A DNA stretch of 64,000 nt, from positions 71,796,001 through 71,860,000 of the forward strand of contig OZ024742.1 of assembly GCA_964016885.1 (NCBI GenBank). The letters are read 5' to 3'. Made by a program: the position numbers and the translations under genes. Origin of the DNA: Eledone cirrhosa (Eukaryota). This document shows positions 43,985-56,300 of the stretch, piece by piece; within the stretch, counting starts at the first letter, position 1; the number at the start of each line of letters is the position of its first letter. The notes below the pieces were generated by a model that worked only from the letters and a program-made list of their open reading frames with translations, was not told the DNA's origin and did no database searches.

Positions 43985-46250
43985 TTCTGAACGAAATGCA
44001 GTGCTGTCGTCCATCAACAGGTAATTCACAGAGCCCCTCTTCAGTACCCCTGCAATTTCACTGGCAGTCTTCATTCTGACTTCCCTTCATATTCCTATTT
44101 GCTGTCAGCCCTTGAGAAATGTCTTCCACACCAGCAGTGTGTCTCACCTACTGCCAACCTTTGCCAGTTGTCTTCTATCTGAATTTTCCGTCTCAGCTAC
44201 AATTGGTGCAGTCGATGGACTGACACCTACTGCAGTCCTTGACCGTCTTTCAAACACTCACCTTGGTAACATTGGAGTCAACTTTCATGGCTAAAAATAG
44301 GGTCTTATCCAGTTATCTTAGCCCGTGGTCACTCTGCAGTCTCATCCTTCTGAATTATCTCGCACCCCTAACCAATTTTTTTTATTCAGCTTGGTGAGAT
44401 CATTTGCCTTATTCCTCTCCGAGGCAACAAAAACTATGTGCAACTTCTGGTTGAACTTGACAGCTAACTCTCCAGAATTCCCTGACAATGCATGATTATT
44501 ATCTCTGTACGCTCTTCTCATCGATGATTAATGACCCCCATCCATCCAAGAACAGTGGCTAAATCAGTTCAAATCTTAATAGTGCACAACCTCCATCTCA
44601 GGGCCAGATTCATGCCCTTTGGCACAGTGTCTAACTCGGCTACATTAATATAGTTATAGTCGTTCTTCTTTGACAGCTAGGCTGTGTCCCCTGGCCCTCT
44701 TTCTAGAACAACCGACATAGCTATAACTGTTAGCATTGGACTATACAATACCTTTCTCCAATTTAGGGCCATACCAACTTCCTTTAACCACGCCCTCCAC
44801 CCTCACCTTCATCTCTTGCATCATGGCAACAGTCTTCTTCTTCACTTTCTGGCTTCAGCTCATCTATTGACATGGCACTAAGCTGTTCAAAGCCATCCAG
44901 CAGTTGGGTGGTGACTCACCCGCCTTCCCCATACTGAGAAAAGTTTTTGCCAGTTCATACTATTGTTGTTCTGGGATCTTTTTCTCTCTCTGTGTAACAC
45001 CAGCTTTCCCACTCATGACATGATTCATGGTCATTCAGCTCCTGAAAGTCTAGTACCAGCTTCACTTTATTTTTTGATGGCTGAACTACAACCACCTGTG
45101 GCAACACTTCAACCTCCTCTTTCCAAGGCATTAGAATACCCTCATCAATCCATTTTCCTCCCTTTACCTCCCCTTTTAGGGTATGATTGTAGCAATTCAC
45201 TGTTTCTCAGTGTCAGGGACTCTCCCAGTACTATTTAACTACCCAATACTCAAACACAGCTAGTGTTTGTCTGTGATTCTGTATGCAGGATTCCTTTCTC
45301 CACTCTTCTATTGCACACGCACAGCACCCACCCCCTCCCCACCAAACAATTGCTGACTATAATGCCGCCCAGCAGACCAAATACATCCATGCCCACCGTA
45401 ATTGTTTGTTTCTTAATCGCATTTCGTATACCACCATTTCCATTTTACTGTTGCTCCTACACCTAACCCTAACCCTTCAACTGCCTTTATACAGCTCATC
45501 CCTCTCCAGGTATTAACCAGCTTTGGAGTCACAAGGTTTGAAGTGCAGCCTGTATCCACATGGATTCTCAGATCCTCCTCCCACGTGGGCAGTGAATATA
45601 GTAGTGCCTCTACTTGTTTGTAAGGGTAGCTACAAGTATGGTAGCTGCCCTTTATTCGTTTTCCTGGTTGCAATAACTGGTGATATGACCGTCCTGATTT
45701 CACCAGTAACAAATTACCACAGGTTTTGATTCTTAAACGTTTGTGGTTGCTGCCTCATTCTATTAGACACTACTGCTCAACATAGACTAGCTCTAGCCAC
45801 CAATTCGCTCCCAGGAACTGCTATGTAATTGGGGAAGCCATTAATAAACACCAAATTCACCACTCTCTCCAAAAAGTCAGCTAACCAAGCAAGCCACTTT
45901 TCCATCCATTTTGCCCTTTCTAGCTTGCCAAACACAAAGTACAGCCTTTCTGTGAACACTTCCTTCAATCAATGTTTGATTTTCTATGCATCTAGCTGGT
46001 CAGTCTTGTCCATCTCTAGGAAAAGGGCCAGCATGCCCCCTCTAAGTAAAGAGCTATGAGGCTTGTCATATATCAGTGAAACCATGTATTCTTACCACTC
46101 TCTTAATTTCCCTAATCCAAGTGGTCATGTCTCCTTTGCTTCCAGAGGATTTGATGGCATCATTGCATATTCTTTTGATACATTCCAAAATAAGCTGTTA
46201 ATTTCAATAACGAGGCTTGGATTGATTAACATAGGACCTCATGCATGAAA
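43985..46250 (-). mobile_element. Degenerate Gypsy-like LTR retrotransposon (gag-protease-RT-RH-IN remnants)
   Basis: VDTGCTSNLV protease, KNKVKLVLDFQELN RT; similar to 26640-28400. Confidence 0.7.
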
Positions 46251-46573
46251 TTGACCACACTGAGTATTGAAGTAAATTCAAAGTAAATCAGTTCAGAAAA
46301 ATCACATATTTATATAACATATACTAATAAATTATTATAACACTTCATTTGGTATTTACACTAACTTTATATCAGATAAATGGTAACACTGATACATGCA
46401 ATACTCTATTCACTTCCATCACCATGTTGTAAAATTAGATAAAAAGAAATTGTTGTATGAAAACAAAGCTTTTGTCAATTTTCTGTCTTGTTATGGAAAT
46501 ATTCATTGTATCAACACTCACATGACAGGCATTCCATTGTGGTTTCATGAAGTAATAATTTGGACAAATTCTT

Positions 46574-47833
46574 CTAATTCTCTTGTTTTATTGGTTCAAT
46601 TTCATGTACCTTTTGTTTGTGATTAGTTAAAATTTTCTTCTTAGTGTAACCTTTACCACAGATATCACAATTATATGGTTTTACACCTGTATGAATAGGT
46701 TCATGACGAGTTAAATTCTGTTTATCAGCATATGATTTACCACAAATATCACAACGGTATGGTCTTACACCTTTATGGATACGAACATGAAGTGTTAAAT
46801 GAGTATTCTGAGAGAATGATTTGCCACAGATGTCACAGTGGTATGGTTTCTCACCTGTATGAATACGTACATGTTGAGTTAAATGAGCATTCTGAGAGAA
46901 TGTTCTACCACAAATATCACAGCTGTATGGTTTCTCACCAGTGTGCATACGTATATGAGTAGTTAGTTTATCACTATCAGAGAATCCTTTTCCACAGACA
47001 TCACAGGAGTATGGTTTATCTCCAGTGTGAAGTTGTTTGTGACGAGTTAATTTATTGCATTCAGAGAAAGTTTCTCCACAGATATCACAATGATATGGTT
47101 TCTCACCAGTGTGAATACGTCTATGTATAGTCATACCACCTCTCCCAGAGAATGCTTTCCCACAGATATCACAATGGTATGGTTTTTCAATGGCATGAGT
47201 GTATTTGTGTCTTTTCAAATAAGAACTTCGGGCAAATGTTCTACCACAAACACCACACTGATATGGTTTCTCTCGTGTGTGAATATGCATGTGATCAGTT
47301 AAACTATCACGTAGAGAAAATGTTTTGCCACAGATATCACAATGATGTGGTTTCTCACCTGTGTGAGTATATTTGTGTCTACTTAAATTTCCAAATTGAG
47401 TGAATCCTCTCCCACAAATATCACAGTGGTATGGTTTTTCATCAGAATGAGTACGCTTATGAGTATTCAAAGAACCGCTCTGAGTGAAAGTTTTGTTACA
47501 GATATTGCAGCTGTAGGCTTTCTTGTTTTTTTTATTAAATTTGTGTTTAGTTAAATGAGAACTCTGAGAGAGTACTTTACCACATTCTATATCCTTTTGA
47601 TCTGAATGAATACCTTTAGAAATAGAATAGTTCTTGGCAGCTATTTTACTGTCTTTTTTAGAATATTTCAGTTTTAATCTTGTAAGAAGTACATTATATT
47701 GTGTGAATGTCTTCTTATGTATGTCAAAGTGGTATGATTTCTTCTGTGTATCTCCATATGTATCATGAGATATGTCACTAGGTTCTGACTTTATCTCATC
47801 ACAAACCAGACGTTTGCACAGTTTATCCTCCAT
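46574..47833 (-). CDS. C2H2 zinc-finger protein, 419 aa, 11 intact fingers
   Basis: Intact ORF; N-terminus MEDKLCKRLVCDEIKSEP; TGEKPY-linked fingers. Confidence 0.93.
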   Translation of the reverse strand: MEDKLCKRLVCDEIKSEPSDISHDTYGDTQKKSYHFDIHKKTFTQYNVLLTRLKLKYSKKDSKIAAKNYSISKGIHSDQKDIECGKVLSQSSHLTKHKFNKKNKKAYSCNICNKTFTQSGSLNTHKRTHSDEKPYHCDICGRGFTQFGNLSRHKYTHTGEKPHHCDICGKTFSLRDSLTDHMHIHTREKPYQCGVCGRTFARSSYLKRHKYTHAIEKPYHCDICGKAFSGRGGMTIHRRIHTGEKPYHCDICGETFSECNKLTRHKQLHTGDKPYSCDVCGKGFSDSDKLTTHIRMHTGEKPYSCDICGRTFSQNAHLTQHVRIHTGEKPYHCDICGKSFSQNTHLTLHVRIHKGVRPYRCDICGKSYADKQNLTRHEPIHTGVKPYNCDICGKGYTKKKILTNHKQKVHEIEPIKQEN

Positions 47834-48360
47834 AATCTTCTTATAAATATTCTAAAAACGTCTTATTTTAAAATGTGTCAGTTGTAAAGAAACAGTTTCA
47901 AGATTTTTATTGTGACAGCTTCTCTTCCTAGAATTCAATCTTAGAATCAACAATCAATATTTAAACTGACTTCAGTTCTCAAAATATATCCAGGTATGAA
48001 AAACATTACATATAAACTAACTGAAATTTAATTTCAAATGTTTCTATTATAATCTTTCTATCACCTCAATTTAAATTTCACACCAACTTAATCAAGGTTA
48101 TAGAGAACAGTTACTTGTGTTCTTGATCATGTCAGTCTTCTGGTTTCAATATGACAAATTCCTTGATATATCTCAAATCAACCATCAAAATGTTACCATA
48201 AACCCTGTAATAAGAAAATATAAGGTAGAAAGGACAATGTACAGTTAACATAAAGGTTATTAGAGTGACTTGAGTAGAGACATTGAATGGTAGATTAAGA
48301 AAGAAAACTATGAAAATAGGTACAGAAGAAAGACACAACAGTATGGCTATATAGTGTAAA

Positions 48361-49375
48361 TATGATGGTCGGCTGAAAAGTTAACCTAACCCTAATATTC
48401 TCATGGAATAGGAAGAAATAAGGTTTATTTTTCAACATAGTTCCACTTGCAGTCCACATACTTCTTCAATCAGTTTTGGATCCTAATGGTGAAGAAGCTA
48501 TCATCCTGTTAGTCAAAAAAGTCATCAACAGCAGATATAATATCATCATCACTGCAATACTGGTTCCCAGCCAATTGATATTTTCATGTTGAGGAACACA
48601 TTATAGTCAGATGGGGCAAAATCAGGATAATAGGGAGGGTGATCAAGCAGTTCAAAGCCACAGTCATGCACAGCAGCCATTGAAACCAAAGACCTATGCT
48701 GGAGCATTGTTCTGATAAAATGTCAGTTTTCCTAGGTGTTTGGTCTTGACAGCTTTTCATAATTGCCTCAGGAAGTTGGTATAGTACTCTCCATTGATGG
48801 TATGGCTCATTTGATAGTCAATAAACACGATACCTTTTGCATCCCCAAAACTGAGGCCATCACCTTCCCTGCAGATGAAACAACCATGGCCATCTTTGGA
48901 GCAGGTAAGGAGGGTTGTTTCCACTGCATGGATTATCTCTGTCTCTGGGGTTAGGAAATCAGCTGGACCTGTTTTAAACAATGTCAAATTTTCCCGTGAT
49001 GTGAACAGCCTAATGAGCTTTTGATCAGGTGTCAGAAGACGTGGTATCCACCAAGCAGAGACCCTTGTCATGCCAAGTGCATTATGCAGAATATTCTCAA
49101 TTCTCTCATGGAATATGCTAATAGCATTAACTATTTGATTTATCATCAATCGACTGTCATCTATCACCAGGTGGTGAACAAGATCAATGTTTTCCTTGGT
49201 GGTGGCAGTTGCAGGATGTCCAGACCTTGGGACATCTTCAAGATTCTCCCTTGCCCTCCTAAATTCAGCTGTGTTCTTTTGCATTGTTGATAAAGCTGGA
49301 GCGCCATCCTCTAATGTAGCAAACATGTCAGCACGAACTAGAAACCTTGATTGTATTTCCAAAGATCTGACTTCT
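48361..49375 (-). mobile_element. Degenerate mariner transposon
   Basis: EFRRARENLEDVPRSGHP, WIPRLLT, KGIVFIDY..TINGEYY; TIR-like tatgatggtcggctgaaaagtt at 48361. Confidence 0.8.
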
Positions 49376-49739
49376 AACTAGACACTTTTCTCAAAGTAGA
49401 ACTTTCAATTAGCAAAATTGAATAAATTTGTTCTGTGAAATGATAAAATGTTAAATATTTCAGTAGAGATGGAATTTTTGGAAATTTTTCGTGATTTACA
49501 TTTGTTCACAAACAAATGAGAAACACTACCATCAATCACTTTCTTGGATAAAAGCTACAACTATGAATATTAAGACAAGTTATGAAGGAAGCAGCGAGTC
49601 TGTTTACATCTTATAGTCATGGGGTTTATGGCAGAAACAGTTAAATATAAACATATTCAGCAGTCTATCAGTAATGCTAAAATATATATAAAATATACAA
49701 GCCATAAATATATTATTTATTTTCTGAATTTTATTCTGT

Positions 49740-50830
49740 TAGGCAATGGAAGCAGTGACCCCCACATTTACTGTTGCATTCATGATGTAGGAGGGAGCAA
49801 AAGAGTCACTAACTGCAGCATCTCAGACGAGACACCTACCTCTTACCCAGGCACAAAAGGTAAGGCCATCTAGTCTCTTCCTATCACTCCTGGATAATCC
49901 AGCTGGCTCCAGAACTGAGGGGATATTTATCCCAGCCAGGGCCGGTTTAGCTCAATGTGGCAGGTGAAACAACCAGCATTCAGGCAGCAGGATAAACCAT
50001 GTAGGCCTGTGAAGTTGAGGAACCTACCTCAGCAACATCTCAGACATCGGCTCCCACTCTAAGTGCAATGGAGATGCTGAGCTCGTCCTGACTGAGAAGA
50101 CTATCAATGTTTTCTACAGGCAGGGCATCAATCTAATCCACCGAGAACTTTGCGCTTGCAGAAAGTGGCACATAGAAAATTAATTGGAATGATTAAAGAG
50201 AGAGTTAAAAGTTTCCCTTGAACGCAGATTGTCCCATACTCTTTGCTTCTGTCTATCTTCATCAGTAACGCTCTCTCCACTGTAGTAAAGCTTCATCTAT
50301 CTCCCTGGTAGAACTAGTCCATGATGGAAAGGAGAGGATGTCACCCACAAAAGGGAACTAGCGTGGATGGAGGAAAGAAAGCAAGTAGATACAAAGATGT
50401 GCATTTGCGCAGATCAAGACCTCCAAACTGTTTGGACAAGGCAGCTTGGTTGTAGGACTCTGGAGAGAATCAGACATTGACCAGGCATTGAAGAGACAAA
50501 GAGAATTTATAAGAGTGACTAACTCTGAAGAAATACAACTTAGAGATTGACAAATATTTCCTAAGTATAAGAAAATCTTGGTGAGGCTAAATGACTTCAA
50601 GGCTTTTTAAAAGTTGCTTGAGGTTAGTCAACTTAGATCGAGTGGCGTTGGAGATGTTTGGTAGAGTTGGGCTGCTGACAGCGAAGTTCTTGTCATCGCT
50701 GGCAGACACCTTACTGAGGTGTCAGGTTATGCCCATGAGGGTGCCTGGTTGTTTCAGCACCTTAGCCTCGCCATCACTCATGGTAATGTTGCAAGCGTGT
50801 TGGCTTGCTTCAAAGTGTTCCATTGACCCT
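49740..50830. mobile_element. CRE-like fragments: 49740-50500(-) and 50635-50830(+)
   Basis: Collinear nucleotide similarity with 32290-33262. Confidence 0.7.
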
Positions 50831-51397
50831 TATTCTGTATAGCCAATTGTCGCACTTGGTGAATTGATGGTCGTTTTCTTTTTCGCCCCCGCCTTGTTTC
50901 TCACTTTTTTTTTCCTTTCTCTCGCTCTGGTCATGTGTTTTGGTGCGTTGTTTTTGTTTGTAAGGTTCCTGGCAATGGTTGGTTGTATTTGTTAAATGCG
51001 TTTATATTTGTGTTGATCAACGACAATATATTTGTAATGCAATTTATATAACTGTAAATAAAAGGAATCAATCTATTATTTAATACATTTCTTTTTTATT
51101 AACACATGCCTAATCAGAGAAATTACACATGTGCGAAGCTACAGCCAACATTAGGGAGCACATAGAATTAAGAATGGTTTTCCGAAGAACAAAGGTTAAA
51201 TGAGGTACTCAATACCTTAATAGAGAAGGACATTTATTTGATATGACTTCTACAATTTGAAATCTTCGGGAATGTTTTTGGTAATTTTAAGGAATGTTTT
51301 AGCCCTCTTTCTTCTTTCATTCATGCACACAAACACAAGAAGCATGTATCATTGTAGTGCACCTGAGCACTGTACACAATAATTTCATTATTATTTT

Positions 51398-51582
51398 AAG
51401 TGGATTGGCAGTATCGGTAGAGGGTCGGACGCCATGCTTTCCAGCATAGTACGTCCCTTTACGATCTGAGTTCAAATCCCGCCGAGGTTGACTTTGCGTT
51501 TCATCCTTACGGGGTCGATAAAATAAAGTACCAGTAATGTACTGGATATTGCTGGCCTTGTGCCTAAAGTAGAAACAATTAT
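51398..51582 (+). mobile_element. tRNA-derived SINE directly after a short CR1/L2 3' tail (51350-51395)
   Basis: A and B boxes, core; preceded by cacctgagcactgtacacaataatttcattattatt. Confidence 0.85.
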
Positions 51583-51921
51583 TATTTTAAATAATTGGTT
51601 TAAAGGCCGTTGAACATCAAATAACCCCGCCTCCCCAAGTAGAGAAATGGTCAAAAGAGACGGCGGATGTCCAAAATATATGACGACTCACTACAAACTT
51701 TCCTGATTGTTTTATTAACGATGTTGACGAAGTGGGACAGAAAGTGATGCCCCATCAACCACCTCTGGTTGAAATGAGACACAGCTGACAAAGAAGAATA
51801 ACAATGGAGGGGAAGATTGGGACAATATGTCACAATTAATAACAAATATTTTAATGTCACCATGAATTGTGGTGTTAAATAGATTAAAGTTGAATTAAAA
51901 CAGCAGCTAACTATCAACATA

Positions 51922-52355
51922 GGTAAACCTTAAGTTTCACGTCGGAAATGAAATTTATTTTCATTTTCGCGTATTTATTTTCATTTTGTGTGTGTTGAAA
52001 CAAAAAAATAACATATTGAAACGTTTATTGCACCATATAAATTTCTCGTGACCCTCAGAATAGCGGTTTAATGTGCATGCTTCATTACAAATAGGACAAT
52101 TGACACTGTTTGCCACCAATCGCCGTCTCGCCAGCCACTGTAACACAGACAGATTGACACCATGTATCGCAGGTATAAGAGTAAGAAGTGTATATTCTCA
52201 TTAAGGATGTCATTTGCATCCAAAACATCATCAACTAACGTAGTGCAAGCACGTAGTCGTCCAACCATTTTTTTGTATTCAGATAAACAACAATATTTTT
52301 TAATGAATCGAAAATGAAAATAAATTTCATTTCCCACGTGAAACTTAAGGTTTAC
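51922..52355 (-). mobile_element. Merlin (IS1016/ISXO2-like) internally deleted DNA transposon
   Basis: ~47-bp TIRs (gtaaaccttaagtttcacgt.ggaaatgaaatttattttcattttcg), ATCAACATA on both sides, and internal WLARRRLVANSVNCPIC zinc-ribbon fragment. Confidence 0.75.
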
Positions 52356-53142
52356 AATCAAATCAACATATACGCTAGGTTGTTACAGGAGAGATGTAAC
52401 TAGAAATACAGTTTTTATTTACATTGTTTAAATAACATTACAAATTATTCATAATTTTTTCAGAATGAAAATATAAACACATATAATAATACAATTAACT
52501 ATTGCTCCGCGATAATGTTGCGAGCGTGTTGACTTCCCTCAAAAATTTCTGTTGACTCTTGTGATGTGCGGCCGATTTAAAAAAAAAAAAAACTTTCTTT
52601 CGTGTTGATCGTATATTTTGGTGGTTTGTATTTGTAAGTTTACTAGCAATAGTTAATTGTAGTTTTTATGTGTTTACATTTTCATTCTGAAAGAATTGAG
52701 AACAATTTGTAATGTCACTTACTAGAAATACTAAAATATATTTAATAACACATCAACTTACTGTTCGTCTTTCTCACTATTTGGTGATATAATGTTTATA
52801 GATGAATGTATCTGTGAATTTTAACTGACATAAGATCTATTTATAACACAGAAGTTAATTAATTGATAACAAATAACCCGATTTCTTACCCATGCTATAT
52901 TTTCATAAATGGTCTACTCCGTCAGTTATCTCCCTTCATCCGGTGTAAAAGCTTCTTGAACAAATATATATATTTCCTGTGTAAATATAATAATACAGTA
53001 CGAAATGAAGAGAAGTATAATAATATTATAAATAGAAAGAAAGAAAAAATCTAACTATAATAAAGTAAGGAGCGCGGGACTGCGTGCGGTTTATAATTTT
53101 TTTTATCCCATTAGTAAAATAAGTTGGATTACTTTGAATAAA

Positions 53143-53330
53143 TAATTGTTTCTACTTTAGGCACAAGGCCAGCAAAAACCCACTGCATTACTGGTACTTT
53201 ATTTTATCGACTCCGTAAGGATGAAAGGCAATCAGCCTCGGCGGGATTTGAACTCAGATCGTAAAGGGACGTAACTATGCTGGAAAGCATGGCGTCCGAC
53301 CCTCTACCGATACTGCCAATCCACCGCCCT
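53143..53330 (-). mobile_element. tRNA-derived SINE (Nin/Deu-like)
   Basis: Near-identical to 5458-5640. Confidence 0.85.
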
Positions 53331-53809
53331 TTACTTTGAATAAATAATGAATGAATATTACATAATTTATCTACCTAATTTCGTGGCTGTTGATTAAATA
53401 TATTTTGTTTATTTAAAAATTCACTTCTTTAAAATTTCTGAAATGTAAACACTTCCGGTTGGCGATCGCTTAAATAAACATACTAATTTTCTCCTAATGC
53501 AGTTTATATATAATATCGTCTTTTTTAATTTAGCATGGATTACGTTACTGATTACATAAGACAGTGTAACGCAGTCTTCGTTCAATTTCTATGTATATTG
53601 TGAATTACGATTTTATTTGATGTATCATATCTACATGTATACATACTTGTGTTTAATATCAATATACACACTACACATGCTAGCAGAAAACCACCAGAAT
53701 GGTGGTTTTTCTGCTAGTATATATAATAATACAATGCTTACAGAACAAAAGCACAGACGGATATAATATAAAGGAAGAAGTGGACAACCGATTCACCACC
53801 AAAGCGAAA

Positions 53810-54300
53810 GACAGCAGCATCCAGGATATGGGAAGAAGCAAAAGAGTCACTAACTGTGACGTCCTAGACAAGGCCTCTCGACCAGGGGCACAGGGTAAGG
53901 CCGTCAGGTCTTTTCCTGTCACTTCTGGACAACCCAGATGGTTCCAAAATTGAGGGGATGTTCGCCCGGGCCAAAGCTCTCTTGAGAATAAGGTTTAGCT
54001 CCGTGTGGCGTGCGAAGCGACCTGCATTCAGGCGGCAAGAAAGACTGTGGAGTCGAGGAGTTTGCTGCATCGACATCTCAAACCCATACAGACGTCAGCT
54101 CTCACTCTGAGGGCAATGGAGGCATGAAATTCGTCCAGACTGAGTAGGCCATCAACGTTAACCACGGGTAGGGCATCAACCCAGTCACCTGAGTATTTGG
54201 CGCTGGCAGATAGTAAACGGCACCTTGCAAACTGATCCGACTGGACGAAGAGGGAGTCGAAGGTGGCCTTAAGACGAACATTTCTATGTGCAAATATAGA
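53810..54300 (-). mobile_element. CRE-like fragment
   Basis: [24 protein letters not shown]...[21 protein letters not shown]. Confidence 0.8.
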
Positions 54301-54842
54301 TAAGTTCCACGTTATGTGTTGATTGCTCTTTTCTTCCATTTGTACTTATACCTGCAGCTCTTGACACACGTTTACTGTATATAAATGTATATGTTTTCAT
54401 ATCTTTCCGCTGCCAGTCCAGCGCATTTCACACCCGCCCACAATGTCTAGATGGTAGTGGTCGAACTCGCGCAGCAACTGAACCAGCTTTTATTCATCGT
54501 ATAGTGTTTGTATTTTCCAAGTTCCAATCTGTGTCATTGTTTTGATGCTCAGAATCTGGCTCGTTGGATCTCCAACGTCCTTTTGGCTTTGGTTGAGTGT
54601 TTCCCACGCTTTCATCTTTACGCCGATCATTTATGGTTTTCCTTACAGTTTCTTTAGCGTTCATAAAGTGTACAGCAGTACAAAGGAAACCTGCGGAGAG
54701 CCGAGTCGTAGACAGAAGGTGGTCACGGAGCGCCGGTGCCTCCTGCCCAACAAGGCACAGAAGAACATAACACGATAAGAGATGTTTTCATATACACCCC
54801 TATTAGGCTTAAACTCTGTTTATATATACACACACACACATA

Positions 54843-56300
54843 TAGCTTTAGTAAGATATATGCAAAATAGCAACATACGGTCATTTGTTGAACTGTTATT
54901 TATTCTATGACAAACATTTACAAACGAAAGAAAGAGCGATCTACCCCTAAAGTTTAGGTTTTGTTACCCGTGTCACTGGAAGTTCCTTTTCTGCTGACCA
55001 ATTCAATAACAAATCCGCAGAAAAGGTCCTTCGTCAACAGTTCGTCTTTTACAGGCTCGCAGGCAAATCTCAACATAGCTCCCCCCCCCCCCCCCGAACT
55101 GTTGATTGTCATTGGAACTGATAAGGTGATTTGACCACCGACACGTGCATCTAGTTAATCGGTTCTTTGGCGACCATTCGTCGTCAGGGGTTGGTATGAC
55201 TTGCCTAGAACGGCCTCTGGCTAGGTGAGCTACTTGAAGGACCTATCAATGTTGAGATGGGCTGGTTTCAATGTATTGATGGAAACAGTGTCCTGCGGTC
55301 CTCCAATCAGGAGTTGAAATGGCTTGAGCCCTGGATGAATCTCTTTTAATGGTCCATCAGAAGGTGTTTTTGTTATGCATTGTGATGAATGAAAACAAAC
55401 TTAGCCTTGTTGAGGTAATTTGGTATAGTGGATCTAGGTTTACCATGTGTTGACATGGGAGTAGCGCATCACTGGCCCATGTTGATTCTCTGCTGTTCAA
55501 GATACTTTTTTGCATCCAGGTTTGACTTTGTGTTTGGAATGAATTCTTCCAGTACAGTGAGTGGAGTGCCATACATCATTTCTGTGGAAGAAGTGTTGAG
55601 GTAGTGCAGACTCCCAGCATCACCCATGGAAGTCTGGTTATGAGGGATTCCTTCAAGTGGTGGTGAAATCTCTCCACTAAGCCATTGGCATTGGGGTGAC
55701 AGGCAGTTATGTGTTTCATGTTGAAGCCATAAAGCTGACACGTCATTCCACAGCTTCGAGGTGAACTGAGGTCCGCAGTCAGCTGAGATGCTGTCTGGGA
55801 CACCGAAACGGGTGACCCAGTTTATAACGGAGAGGTATGGCCTTAGGTCATCGAATGAAGCTGTCCCCTATGGTCAGTAGGTTTGAGCAACCAAGCAAAC
55901 GTGGTAAAGGACCAATGAGGTCAATTTTGACAGGTTTGACATGAGCCTGTAGGAGTTCATTGTGCTGAGAGATGCTTTGGTATACAGCTGAATTTTGGCT
56001 TGCCGGCAGGAGATACAGGTTTTAGTCAACTTCCCTATTTGCTTGGCCATCCCATTCCAGACAAATTTGTATGGCTCTGGTATCCAGTTGGGAGAGTCTG
56101 TGAATGATGACAAAAACATTTTGGTGCCAGGCCAATGGGACAATTGGTCATAGTTTTCCCGTGGATATATCGCAAAGGAGGGGGTCACCATTTATAGCTT
56201 TAATTAAGCTATACACAAAATAACAACAAATGGTGATTTGTTGAACTGTTATTTATTCTATGACAAATATTTACAGACATAAGAATGAGTGATCTTGTTT
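54843..56300 (-). mobile_element. Internally deleted Gypsy element (partial 5' LTR, PBS, integrase, PPT, 3' LTR)
   Basis: LTR repeat at ~54843-54940 and ~56192-56295; PBS TGGTGACCCC at ~56180-56190; G-run PPT at 55081-55095; HPNANGLVERFH integrase motif. Confidence 0.8.

Noticed and set aside
46732-47403. Plus-strand ORFs with repeated YHNGMVSHL motifs (also 5936, 30401, 63354)
   Set aside because: Antisense shadows of the zinc-finger repeats
53445-53470. ETS-like CCGGAAGT promoter element for the 46574-47833 gene
   Set aside because: Single short motif with no transcript evidence
53680-53718. Terminator-like hairpin ctagcagaaaaccacca/tggtggtttttctgctag
   Set aside because: Short isolated foldback in eukaryotic DNA; no function assignable
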